From positions 456,007-520,006 of the forward strand of contig JAQGDQ010000138.1 in NCBI GenBank assembly GCA_030141605.1: 64,000 nt of DNA, in the 5' to 3' direction. How positions within the stretch are numbered: the stretch's first letter is position 1; every line of letters starts with the position of its first letter. Both the position numbers and the translations under genes were made by a program. The notes beneath the pieces were generated by a model. It did no database searches and was not told the DNA's origin. It saw nothing but the letters and a program-made list of their open reading frames with translations. Positions 63,664 to 64,000 of the stretch are shown here, one piece after another. Origin of the DNA: Tubiluchus corallicola. Lineage: Eukaryota > Animalia > Priapulida.

Positions 63664-64000
63664 AACCCTAACCCTAACCCAACGCAAACCCAACCCAAAC
63701 CCTACCCCTACCCCTAGCCCTAACCCTAACCCAACCCGACTCTAACCCTAACCCTAGCCCTACCCCTGACCCTGACCCTCACCCTAACCCTAGCCCTGCC
63801 CCTGACCCTAACCCTAACCCTAACCCTAACCCTAACCCTAGCCCTAACCCAACCTAAACCCTACCGCTAGCCCTAACCCTAACCCAAACCCTACTGCTAG
63901 CCCTAACCCTAACCCAACTCTAACCTAGCCCTAACCCTAGCACAACTCTAACCTAGCCCTAACCCTAACCCAACTCTAACCTAGCCCTAACCCTAGCACA
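63664..64000. repeat. Degenerate telomere-type (CCCTAA)n array, runs off window end
   Basis: CCCTAA units mixed with CCCTAG, CCCTGA, CCCAA and ACTCTAA variants. Confidence 0.92.

Noticed and set aside
63664-64000. True chromosome end
   Set aside because: Wrong strand orientation for a right-hand telomere, and highly degenerate.

Overview
AT-rich, intron-containing animal (invertebrate-like, TTAGGG-type) genomic DNA; the species cannot be identified from this window. Splicing exons by hand, most of them too short for the ORF track, recovers six protein-coding loci. These are the 3' part of MVB12 (+), a complete five-exon POLR2I/RPB9 (-), a two-exon TMEM87 (+), a three-coding-exon VHL (-), a single-exon class A GPCR (+), and the 5' part of a GPR158/179-like class C GPCR (+). 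The GPR158-like locus has two tandem, intact, diverged N-terminal exons. Each has its own ATG, signal peptide and same-phase donor, and each can splice in frame to one shared set of downstream exons; this is the most interesting observation. Introns and intergenic DNA hold several TIR-bounded MITEs (two with exact 8-bp TSDs), an RTE-like LINE with a nested hAT MITE, a decayed BEL/Pao fragment, L2/CR1-type fragments, a 5S-rRNA-headed putative SINE, a 51-bp minisatellite, microsatellites and an inward-facing degenerate telomeric array. Family assignments rest on recalled motifs, not database searches.
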